NCBI GenBank assembly: GCA_965223675.1
Contig: OZ245013.1
Coordinates: forward strand, 1,569,169-1,633,168
Direction: 5' to 3'
DNA: 64,000 nt
Source: Nitrospirales bacterium
GTDB taxonomy: Bacteria; Nitrospirota; Nitrospiria; Nitrospirales; UBA8639
The notes under the pieces are model-generated. The model was given only the letters and a program-made list of their open reading frames with translations. It was not told the DNA's origin and ran no database searches. How positions within the stretch are numbered: position 1 is the stretch's first letter; each line of letters starts with the position of its first letter. Below are positions 38,656 through 47,025 of the stretch, piece after piece. The translations under genes and the position numbers were made by a program.

Positions 38656-40294
38656 ATTCGACCCTCCTTGTTGGTATATGATCGATTTTCAAATTCCGCA
38701 CCACATTCAATGCGCGACGTTTCCACATTGCGTATGCTTTCGCATGCTCACAGGCCATACCATAAAGATCGGATTGACTCAGGTTGTACGTATCTCGAAA
38801 ACAAGCAGAGGTAATCGGACTAAAAGCTGGCGACATACGTCCCAGTACTCTTGCCTCATGAGCTTTTTGATTTAAACGCTCATGGCAAGCTTTTATCCGG
38901 TGGACTGACAAGGAAGCCTGGGAGGTTAAGTCAACGAACTCGTTTACTGTATCACACAGAAACGTTAACAGAGGATCAAGTTTTGCGAACGTTTCTATCA
39001 CGTGATCCAGATCTGGAGGTTTTCCGTGTGGTCCTGACATGCGACTGATCTGCCCAGTACAGTCTTCATACCAAAACTTCCTCCAGAATTCTCCGTACCA
39101 TTGCTGAAGTGGGTCTTCTACTCCTACACGAAGGCGAAACGTCCCAAGCTGGTCTTCATCAACTCCCGCCTCATACACACGCGTTCCTATCGAAAAACCT
39201 GGCAACTCACCTTTCCCCAAGACATGCAGACACACATCTGCCACTAAGTGTGGCAGGAGTCGTTCCTTGCAGCTCTGGTGAGAACACACTTGGTCAAATC
39301 CACATGGTCCACATTCAATGTCTGGCTGGATGCACCAATGGTTTTTTCCGTAGGGACCTGTCTCTCGAAAATCAACGTGACCGACAGATACATTGACAAC
39401 CGGCAGGTTTACGCCAACGGCCAAGTGCATAGGCCCCGTATCATTCGTGAGCATTAACTGACATTGAGACAACAGTCCTAACAGCTGCTCGAGGTTTGTT
39501 TTTCCAATGGCATTACAAAGCGGACCAACCCCATCAGCATGTTTATAGCTCTGCACCGCTTCCTGTACTGCCTGTTGTTCCTTTTTTGTCCCAATCAACA
39601 CAAATCCAACGTTAAGCCGTTGACTAAGCAAGGCCATCGTCTGACCAAAATAGGTTGGGCGCCATGCTTTCATCACATCACTTGCCCCGACTTGCACCGC
39701 TAACCACGCGGAGGTCTCGCCAGACGACGCGAGTAAATTTCTTGCCCATTCCAGATCGATCGTATGTTGTTTTAACTCAATCGGTGCAAATGGACCCAGA
39801 CGACTCCCTCCCAAAGCATAGACATCAGCAAGATTAAAGCGGTTAAACTTTCGATAGGTATGCATATCGAGAAAATACGTCATCCAGGGGTTTTTGACGA
39901 TGACACTTCCATCCGGCGCGGTCGTGAGTCCTCGGATATCATGAGCTCCCACGTAACCCGTCAAATAGGCACTTCGTCGATTAAACGTGAGATTGATCAC
40001 CCGATCGTATCCATTCTCAACAAGAGGTTTCGCCCACTTTGCAAGATCCTGATACAACGCAACGACGTCTCTAGCCCGCACTCGTGTTTCATCCATGAGT
40101 AGTTGAAAGTCATGAGCCAGAACATGACGAATTCCAGGAAGAAGTTTCGCTATCTCAGAAAATTCCTTATCGACAATCAGGTCGATCTCCACACCTGGCC
40201 ATTCGTATTCCAATCGCTTCAACAATGGCGTCATCTGAACTAAATCACCCATGCGAGTGATATTTAATATGAGGACTTGTTTACTCATTAACAC
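38636..40294 (-). CDS. GT9-like glycosyltransferase with a ~200-aa C-terminal extension
   Basis: VLILNITRMGDLVQMTPLL N-terminus, TNDTGPMHLAVG and a CGPCGFDQVCSHQSC cluster (GT9 hallmarks), followed by a helical extension with no recognisable motif. Confidence 0.8.
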   Translation of the reverse strand: MLMSKQVLILNITRMGDLVQMTPLLKRLEYEWPGVEIDLIVDKEFSEIAKLLPGIRHVLAHDFQLLMDETRVRARDVVALYQDLAKWAKPLVENGYDRVINLTFNRRSAYLTGYVGAHDIRGLTTAPDGSVIVKNPWMTYFLDMHTYRKFNRFNLADVYALGGSRLGPFAPIELKQHTIDLEWARNLLASSGETSAWLAVQVGASDVMKAWRPTYFGQTMALLSQRLNVGFVLIGTKKEQQAVQEAVQSYKHADGVGPLCNAIGKTNLEQLLGLLSQCQLMLTNDTGPMHLAVGVNLPVVNVSVGHVDFRETGPYGKNHWCIQPDIECGPCGFDQVCSHQSCKERLLPHLVADVCLHVLGKGELPGFSIGTRVYEAGVDEDQLGTFRLRVGVEDPLQQWYGEFWRKFWYEDCTGQISRMSGPHGKPPDLDHVIETFAKLDPLLTFLCDTVNEFVDLTSQASLSVHRIKACHERLNQKAHEARVLGRMSPAFSPITSACFRDTYNLSQSDLYGMACEHAKAYAMWKRRALNVVRNLKIDHIPTRRVEYASSTR

Positions 40295-40444
40295 ACCCGA
40301 AAATCGGTAGACGGAAAACGAGAAACGATATAAGAAAATATTGAACGCTTTGGTAGATTGAAATATTTATTTGAGGTGGTCGATTCCTCAAACACGAAGT
40401 TGAGTCTTGAATCAATTCCTCGTCTAGCGTCTTACGTTTCACGA

Positions 40445-42265
40445 TCACACAAAATCCCTAGTTTCTTGCCGATATTCATCCATCATCAAGATAAGCAACT
40501 CATTCCGGCTTAAGACAGCTGTAGGACCCTTAGCCCGAATCTTGGCAGCCACATCTTCCAATTCCACTCGTTCAGTATCTCGGAACGGCTGCAAGAGAGG
40601 TAACAACTCAGGTGATTCCTGACTTTTTTTGACTAACGAAGATGCATTACGTTCACCGCGCAACACAGCACCAACTCGATCTGGCTGATGAAGTCCTATC
40701 TCACTCAATAAGGTCTTCATACGATGAACATAGGTATGATGACGTAATACGTGTTGTCTTGAGGCCTCAGCCATATCATGACGTGCGTCTGAATCTTTCA
40801 CGTACCGATCGACCGTCGAAGTCAGATCTTCGGGGCTATTGATCACACCCATCATTGACTGATCGAAATGCTCGAAGAGAAGCTCTCTCGTATCTGAGAT
40901 TTGAAAAGCTCCGCATGCCGCCAGTTCGAACATTCTTGGATTAAGACTATCACCATGAGGATCAAACCCTTCACCGGTATACGAATGAAGATTGATATTC
41001 ACTTTGGTGCAATTAAAGATCTTGACACTGGTTTCTGCATCAATCCTAGCGCCCTTTCGCTGCAAAACTTGTCCCAACGGACCGGGATCTTCCCATTCAT
41101 TTCCCCAAAGCTTGAATGACCAACTATGATTCAGGAGCGATTGAAGTAAAAGCCGGCGATTGGGATATCCTGCACCGAGGAAAGAAACATCGGCACCGAA
41201 TTCTTGCTGTTCTTCAAACGTACAATTCAGGGGTCGATGAATCTCTGGGTTCGCCGCTAACGGCAAATAGCTTACATGCTTGGCTCCTGCATGGGATAAT
41301 GCATCGATGCAAGCTCGTTGCTGCATGACAAACCAAAAGTCGTATCCCGTTGCCACCTGCTGCCAGTAGGTGAGATGTCTGAAATTTTCCACAAACCACA
41401 TGGCTGTCAGCACTTTCTTTTTGCGTAGTTGTTCCAATACGGGCATGGCTAAAGGCGCCTGTGCCATCGCCAGCACAAGATCAGGTGGATCGTCTGCGAT
41501 ATGTGCAAGGCTGACGATCCCAAGTGTTTCGCCAAAACGGCTCTGCATCGTCAGTCGTAACTGGGGATCACGAAGATTTTCCAAACTTTTATATCCTGGA
41601 TGATGGATGGAATGATCAATCCAACTGACTCGATGCCCAAGATGCTCCAAGGCTGGAACAACGTGGAGTGCTACCGATAAAGAGCCTCCATAGATTGGTC
41701 CCACCACTGCAACATGGAGACGCCCCCCTTGCTTTTGAGACACTCGCTCACGTAGACAGTCTTGAAATTCTCTGATGTACTGTTCGTGAATAGCGGCCGA
41801 GGGGTCGTGGCGAATCATATGAATCCGGGAAGATGACTGGCTGACATAATCGGCGACTTCTTTGCATTCTCCCCAGAGCCATTGAATATGTTCGCCCCAT
41901 CCATCAAGAACCCTCACTGAAAGTGCATCAACTAATTCTCGTAAATCTGGGACTAACACCAAGATTGATTGCGTATCTGGAATCTTCTTTTTCAACGCTT
42001 CAATATGATAGAGGAGTCCTACTCCAATAATCAGAATCGCTTCTCCTGCCTGAGGCTCGTGCATCTCCCTTTCTGCCCAGGTATACGCCTCTTTCATAGG
42101 ATCATAGGCACTATGAAGCCATTGCTCTTGAACACGTGCAGTCGGCATTCCATTCTTTGCATCGAGAATCGTGAAGGCTCCACCCTCTTCATCAAAAAGC
42201 TTTTCCGCAAGACCGGGATTTTGAAGACGAATAACGCGAAGATTTTCCTGAAGTATGCTCATCAA
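40445..42265 (-). CDS. Maf-N-terminal-like / CgeB-like glycosyltransferase family protein (606 aa)
   Basis: The N-terminus (LQENLRVIRLQNPGLAEKL...LHSAYDPMKEA...ILIIGVGLLYHIE) resembles motility-accessory-factor N-termini. The C-terminal half (NPRMFELAACGAFQISD...) resembles the CgeB/Glyco_trans_1_2 family. Confidence 0.65.
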   Translation of the reverse strand: MMSILQENLRVIRLQNPGLAEKLFDEEGGAFTILDAKNGMPTARVQEQWLHSAYDPMKEAYTWAEREMHEPQAGEAILIIGVGLLYHIEALKKKIPDTQSILVLVPDLRELVDALSVRVLDGWGEHIQWLWGECKEVADYVSQSSSRIHMIRHDPSAAIHEQYIREFQDCLRERVSQKQGGRLHVAVVGPIYGGSLSVALHVVPALEHLGHRVSWIDHSIHHPGYKSLENLRDPQLRLTMQSRFGETLGIVSLAHIADDPPDLVLAMAQAPLAMPVLEQLRKKKVLTAMWFVENFRHLTYWQQVATGYDFWFVMQQRACIDALSHAGAKHVSYLPLAANPEIHRPLNCTFEEQQEFGADVSFLGAGYPNRRLLLQSLLNHSWSFKLWGNEWEDPGPLGQVLQRKGARIDAETSVKIFNCTKVNINLHSYTGEGFDPHGDSLNPRMFELAACGAFQISDTRELLFEHFDQSMMGVINSPEDLTSTVDRYVKDSDARHDMAEASRQHVLRHHTYVHRMKTLLSEIGLHQPDRVGAVLRGERNASSLVKKSQESPELLPLLQPFRDTERVELEDVAAKIRAKGPTAVLSRNELLILMMDEYRQETRDFV

Positions 42266-42278
42266 ATACTATTCCTCT

Positions 42279-43370
42279 TCATACACCTAACTCATGATGG
42301 ATCTGATGACTGAGTTCACGAAATTTCCTCCCAACTGCATTGTATTTGCTAGACAAGGAAGCATTCTTGAGAGAACGATGAGCACTGTTCTCATAGCGGG
42401 AGGCAACATATTCATAGACTGGTGCCAGCAGGAAAAGAATTTCTCCTTGCCGATCACTACGTTGGCGAAGAACACTTTGTGAATCAATGGTTTTTAGCGT
42501 ATCGAGAATACTCTGTGCACGATGAACTCCAGTGTGTTTCTTCTCCACCTCCAAACGTCCGCGAGAAGCGATCTCTTCCCGCTCCTCATGATGTGCATCA
42601 TAATATTGTGCGATGTGAAGGACTTCTTCGATATTCCCTTTCGCATACATTACACAATGGGTCTTGTCCTGAAATAGATCCTCTAATCCGTTCCCAACCC
42701 GCTCCATCAACAACATGCCTCCGCAAGCCATGGCTTCAAACGTACGAAAATTCACATCATTGTCTGCACATTGATTCAGTATCATTTTGGATTGCATGAA
42801 CACGGAGAGATAGTCACCGGTTCCAACATAGAGAGGATAAGCCTCTTGTAGAGTTTTTAGAAATGCATACCGCACCGGATTGAGAGTCGGGTTGATGCTG
42901 CCTACAAAACTCAAATCATACGTTCTAGAATGACAATCATCTAAGGATGGAATAGTCGGAGGAAATAAGGGAAGCCACTGTGCAATCTGCCTGGACTGAT
43001 CACGTACATAACCCGAGACAAAATCTCGTTGTGCGACAAATATCACATCGAATATTGCAGCATAGGCTTGATGCCATCGATGATGAATATGCGAATCGAT
43101 CGCATACCAACCAACAGGAATATGTAGTCGCTCCAACCCTAAAAATAGAGGATGAGTACTTTCATCGGTCAACAACACAAAATCAGGATTCCATCCTGTG
43201 GGTAAGTGCTGCCATAGTCGATCAATCGAAATGGGATATTCAGGCATTTTGATATCACCGGTATTATCTGTTGGACAGGTCAAAACATCATGACCTAATT
43301 CCTGAAACCCCGGTTTCAACGCTGGTAACCCAAGGAGTAAAATCTTCATCAACTTCTCATTCTCAAACAC
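42279..43370 (-). CDS. CgeB-like glycosyltransferase family protein (paralog A)
   Basis: FRTFEAMACGGMLLMERV...EEREEIASRGRLEVEKKHTGVHRA, a CgeB/Glyco_trans_1_2-type C-terminus. It aligns along its full length with the next gene. Confidence 0.7.
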   Translation of the reverse strand: MFENEKLMKILLLGLPALKPGFQELGHDVLTCPTDNTGDIKMPEYPISIDRLWQHLPTGWNPDFVLLTDESTHPLFLGLERLHIPVGWYAIDSHIHHRWHQAYAAIFDVIFVAQRDFVSGYVRDQSRQIAQWLPLFPPTIPSLDDCHSRTYDLSFVGSINPTLNPVRYAFLKTLQEAYPLYVGTGDYLSVFMQSKMILNQCADNDVNFRTFEAMACGGMLLMERVGNGLEDLFQDKTHCVMYAKGNIEEVLHIAQYYDAHHEEREEIASRGRLEVEKKHTGVHRAQSILDTLKTIDSQSVLRQRSDRQGEILFLLAPVYEYVASRYENSAHRSLKNASLSSKYNAVGRKFRELSHQIHHELGV

Positions 43371-44443
43371 GGCGCTTCGCCTAAGTTATGAAGAACCTTC
43401 GATCGAGCCTCCTGGAATGCCGCTGACGTACGCACACATTCGTGAAACTGTGAAGGCAAATCCTTATAACGACGACTTGTTACCTCATACACACTGGCAG
43501 CATGCTCGTAGACACGATCTAACTGACGATTGATTTCAATTAGCTTGGATTGTCTACTCTTGACCAACACGTGAGCGTTCGCAGCCCGAACGATATCGAC
43601 GATTGTCCGAACTCGATGCATAGTCGTGTGACATGTGAGAACTCGCTCTCTTCCTTCATGAGCGATCTCTTCACGCTCCTGCTCATGCCTAATATAGTGC
43701 AGAGCTAATTCAACGATCTGATCGATATTGTCTCTTTCATACATCACGAGGTGCGTACGATCCTGGAACAGATCCTCGAAGCCATTTCCTACTCTTTCTG
43801 TCAGCAAAAGACTCCCACAGGCGAGCGCTTCAAACACTCGAAAATTCACGTCATTGGCGGCACATTCATTGAAGACCACCCGTGAGCGATTAAACACGCT
43901 CACATATTCGCCAGTCGTCGTATACATCGGAATTCGTTCCATCACTGCATTGAGTAAGCGACTCCGCTTAGGTTTCCATCTTTCATCAATAACGCCGACA
44001 AAACTCAGATCATATATTTTCGGTAATGGAAAATAGCGATCTCGCTCAGGATTACAAAAGAGCGGCAACCATCTCACAACCTGCCGAGAAGAGTCTTGTT
44101 CATAATCAGGGAGATAATCTCTTTGAGCGACAAACACAAAATCGAACACGGATGTGTAGGATTTATGCCAATCCAAATGGAGATGGGCATCGATGGTGTA
44201 CCATGCCAGCGGGACATCGAGACGCTCTAATCCCAAAAACATGGGTTCCGTACTCTCATCCATCAACATAACAAGATCGGGATTCCAATCACTCGGCAAC
44301 GCTTGAAGAACTTTATTGATAGAGACAGGAAATTCATCGATCCAAATATCTCCACTTTGATCGGTCGTACACGTCAATACGTCATGTCCACATTGGAGAA
44401 AAGCTCCCTTCAGTACAGGAAACCCTAATAAAAGTACGTTCAT
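43349..44443 (-). CDS. CgeB-like glycosyltransferase family protein (paralog B)
   Basis: Collinear with 42279-43370 (for example GHDVLTC.TD..GDI, WNPD, DES..P.FLGLERL, VFVAQRD, WLPLF, FRVFEALACGSLLL). Confidence 0.7.
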   Translation of the reverse strand: MNVLLLGFPVLKGAFLQCGHDVLTCTTDQSGDIWIDEFPVSINKVLQALPSDWNPDLVMLMDESTEPMFLGLERLDVPLAWYTIDAHLHLDWHKSYTSVFDFVFVAQRDYLPDYEQDSSRQVVRWLPLFCNPERDRYFPLPKIYDLSFVGVIDERWKPKRSRLLNAVMERIPMYTTTGEYVSVFNRSRVVFNECAANDVNFRVFEALACGSLLLTERVGNGFEDLFQDRTHLVMYERDNIDQIVELALHYIRHEQEREEIAHEGRERVLTCHTTMHRVRTIVDIVRAANAHVLVKSRQSKLIEINRQLDRVYEHAASVYEVTSRRYKDLPSQFHECVRTSAAFQEARSKVLHNLGEAPCLRMRS

Positions 44444-45801
44444 ATCAACCCCTGCGAGGCGTAAGAAAATTCAGATTCATTCATCAGTTCTACAACTGAG
44501 TCCCAATCAACATTCTCACGACCATGAAGCTTCTCCCATAATTGTTCTCGATAACGACCAGCCCCCATATTGGGGTTACCGTACTGGACGAAATGAGCAC
44601 CGTAATGATCCTGTTGACTCCTCCAGAGGCTCCATCCTTCAGGAATGACCGAACATGTTTCCGTCAACAAAAGCTCCACACTTTCTCTGACCGGCCAATA
44701 CTCCGGCCTAACCCCCTCATTGGCATTTTTCACTTTGCCATTCCCACGTTGAGTTTCATTCCCTTCCTTACCCTTCACCCCTAACTCCTCACGCCTCCCC
44801 CCTACTTCCGCATGTTTCACGTTTAACGTTTCACGTTTCACGCTCCGCTCGGCCTGCCACACCCAATGGCCTTTGCCGTAGGGTCCTGTTTCATGGACGC
44901 GCGCACGAGAAAAATACAAGCCTTGTGTTTTTGCGCCGCATGCCACACCCAAATGGAGAGGTCCCGTATCCGAACCAATAACCCAATCACAATAAGATAA
45001 GAGATGAGCCAATTGGGGAAATGTGGTTTGTCCACACATATTCCAAATCCGCCCCATAAGCAATGATGGGATCCGATCTAAAAGTGAATACGTTAACTCC
45101 CGTTCTCCTGTCCCTCCAATCAGGACGACACGACCTTGAGGGGATGTTGAAAGAAAGGTAGAAATCCATTGTTCCCACGTATGAAGTGGGATTCGTCGAT
45201 CAGCGTCACCCGATCCGATAACAATGCCCACTCGAATGCCATCAGATGTCATAAAATCATCAAGCTCACGGGGCCAATTCATTTCAGACAATTGCAACAT
45301 TGCAACATGACTTGGAGGTTTGACCCCACAAAGGCCACAAAACGCGTCAGCAAGATGCACCCGATTATTTCCTCGATGTGCACCCACAAGATTCAAATAC
45401 TTCACCCAACTGGGAAGCTCTGACGAAAGAGGTCCATAACAACCAGGACCACTCACGTTAGTCGCCATAAGATGTGCGGCGAAGATCGCTCGAGAATGAT
45501 TATTCAAGTTATAGGCCATCTCATACGTGTCTGCCTGATATCTTTCCATGCACTTCGCCGCTCGAGACAACACGTTTTCAGCTTTAAATGACCAACTTTT
45601 CGCCATCTCTCCCCATTCAGTTCCATCCCAAGGAAAGACTCGTTCCACTCCTGGGAAAAGTTTGCCTACTGGAACCAAAGGAGCAGCACACAAAAGGTCA
45701 ATCCGATTATCTGGGGGTAAAGATCTCAGAGCAGTCACTGCCGGTAGGGTTTGAACAAGATCCCCCAACCTAGCCAATTGGATTACAAGACGATTCGACA
45801 T
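44440..45801 (-). CDS. GT9-like glycosyltransferase with the Cys cluster replaced by a low-complexity insert
   Basis: LVIQLARLGDLVQTLPAV N-terminus and GSDTGPLHLGVA motif. After GPYGKGHWVW the usual CxxC...C cluster is replaced by RSVKRETLNVKHAEVGGRREELGVKGKEGNETQRGNGKVKNANEG. Confidence 0.75.
   Translation of the reverse strand: MSNRLVIQLARLGDLVQTLPAVTALRSLPPDNRIDLLCAAPLVPVGKLFPGVERVFPWDGTEWGEMAKSWSFKAENVLSRAAKCMERYQADTYEMAYNLNNHSRAIFAAHLMATNVSGPGCYGPLSSELPSWVKYLNLVGAHRGNNRVHLADAFCGLCGVKPPSHVAMLQLSEMNWPRELDDFMTSDGIRVGIVIGSGDADRRIPLHTWEQWISTFLSTSPQGRVVLIGGTGERELTYSLLDRIPSLLMGRIWNMCGQTTFPQLAHLLSYCDWVIGSDTGPLHLGVACGAKTQGLYFSRARVHETGPYGKGHWVWQAERSVKRETLNVKHAEVGGRREELGVKGKEGNETQRGNGKVKNANEGVRPEYWPVRESVELLLTETCSVIPEGWSLWRSQQDHYGAHFVQYGNPNMGAGRYREQLWEKLHGRENVDWDSVVELMNESEFSYASQGLI
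44814..44841 (-). repeat. 4 tandem heptanucleotide units inside the GT9-like CDS
   Basis: The plus strand reads gtttcac gtttaac gtttcac gtttcac (coding strand GTGAAAC x3 plus GTTAAAC), followed on the coding strand by a purine-rich tract. Confidence 0.9.
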
Positions 45802-45974
45802 ATTCTTCCTCGTTGTCGGCGATTCTTGTTCATTTCTTTAATTTGTTTTGATCAGTGATACAGTCCGTTTGGAACAATGAGGATAATATTCAACTTTGAG
45901 GACAGAGTAGAAACAGGGAAAAACTGATACGTCGAGAAGAGATTGTGAAGAGTAAAGACTGGAATTGATCGAAT

Positions 45975-47015
45975 TCAGCAGGGCTGACAACTCGATAAAA
46001 AATAGGAATTTGTCCGATCCCAAAGCATGTAAAAGTTCATAGACATTTCCGCGCCGCCGATGGTGGGGTATAAGTCCTGTATCTCCGAAACAGCCTTTTT
46101 GACACCCTCGACATTGTAGTCATCAACGAGAATGATCCCATTTTCTTGAAGTTTCGGAACAATGAGTTTAAGACTCGACAAGGTTCCTTGGTATTGATCG
46201 GTATCAACCAATGCAAACGATACATGTTGCTCGTTTGACAATACCCTCGGAAGCGTATCCTGTATGAGTCCCTTCACTAAAGTCGTATGCTGAGCCAAAC
46301 CATGCTCTTGAACATAATGCGTGACTCTCTCTAATGATGTCTCCATAAACGTCCCGGCTTGAAAAACCGTTTCCTGATCAGAGGTTGTTGGGTTGGGCAT
46401 GCCGGAAAAGGTATCAAAAGCATAGACTTGCCTAACATCGCCCCATTCCCTCAAGAGCAGACCCATGAACACCGTCGTACCACCTTTAAATGATCCACAC
46501 TCTAAAATACATCCGTCGTAGGTGGAAAGTAGAGCTTGAGCAACAAGCCCAAGTTTTCTCATGTTCAAACAGGTTTCCAATCGGCTGACTTTCGAAAAGG
46601 CATTTTTTACGCCAGAACGTAACCTTCTTATCAAGAGGACCGGACAAGTTAAACGATTGTCACCAGAAAAATAATCACTCAATTGTTGAAGAAGTAAAGA
46701 TTCTTCAGCTTGTGAATTGGCCCCAACGAGTAGGAGATCGTAATCGGAGCTACTAAGATCTTGAATCGATTGACTTGGATGAAAGATATCATGAGGACGA
46801 CCTGCATAATATCCCTTGATTGATAATCCAAAATCTTGAATGGCTTCGGCGTTCTCGAATACTGAATCATCGACACCAATAGCGGCAACACGCAGTGTAT
46901 CCTGTCGAGAAAAAGTCGATAAGGCGGTACCATAGAGATCATAGAGAATGAGGTCTAACGACTCATTTAAATATCTCTGAAGAACAGGCTCTATTGAGTC
47001 TTCTATTGATATCAT
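45975..47015 (-). CDS. TylF/MycF-family SAM-dependent O-methyltransferase with an N-terminal extension
   Basis: ECGSFKGGTTVFMG, FDTFSGMP and VDTDQYQGT...ILVDDY motifs of the macrocin-O-methyltransferase family. About 130 additional N-terminal residues. Confidence 0.75.
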   Translation of the reverse strand: MISIEDSIEPVLQRYLNESLDLILYDLYGTALSTFSRQDTLRVAAIGVDDSVFENAEAIQDFGLSIKGYYAGRPHDIFHPSQSIQDLSSSDYDLLLVGANSQAEESLLLQQLSDYFSGDNRLTCPVLLIRRLRSGVKNAFSKVSRLETCLNMRKLGLVAQALLSTYDGCILECGSFKGGTTVFMGLLLREWGDVRQVYAFDTFSGMPNPTTSDQETVFQAGTFMETSLERVTHYVQEHGLAQHTTLVKGLIQDTLPRVLSNEQHVSFALVDTDQYQGTLSSLKLIVPKLQENGIILVDDYNVEGVKKAVSEIQDLYPTIGGAEMSMNFYMLWDRTNSYFLSSCQPC

Positions 47016-47025
47016 CGGCTTTACG

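Noticed and set aside
44760-44812. G-rich coding-strand tract (GGGGGG...GGGG...GGG...GGG) as a G-quadruplex.
   Set aside because: One loop would be 15 nt, and there is no evidence beyond the pattern. I mention it only as part of the low-complexity insert.
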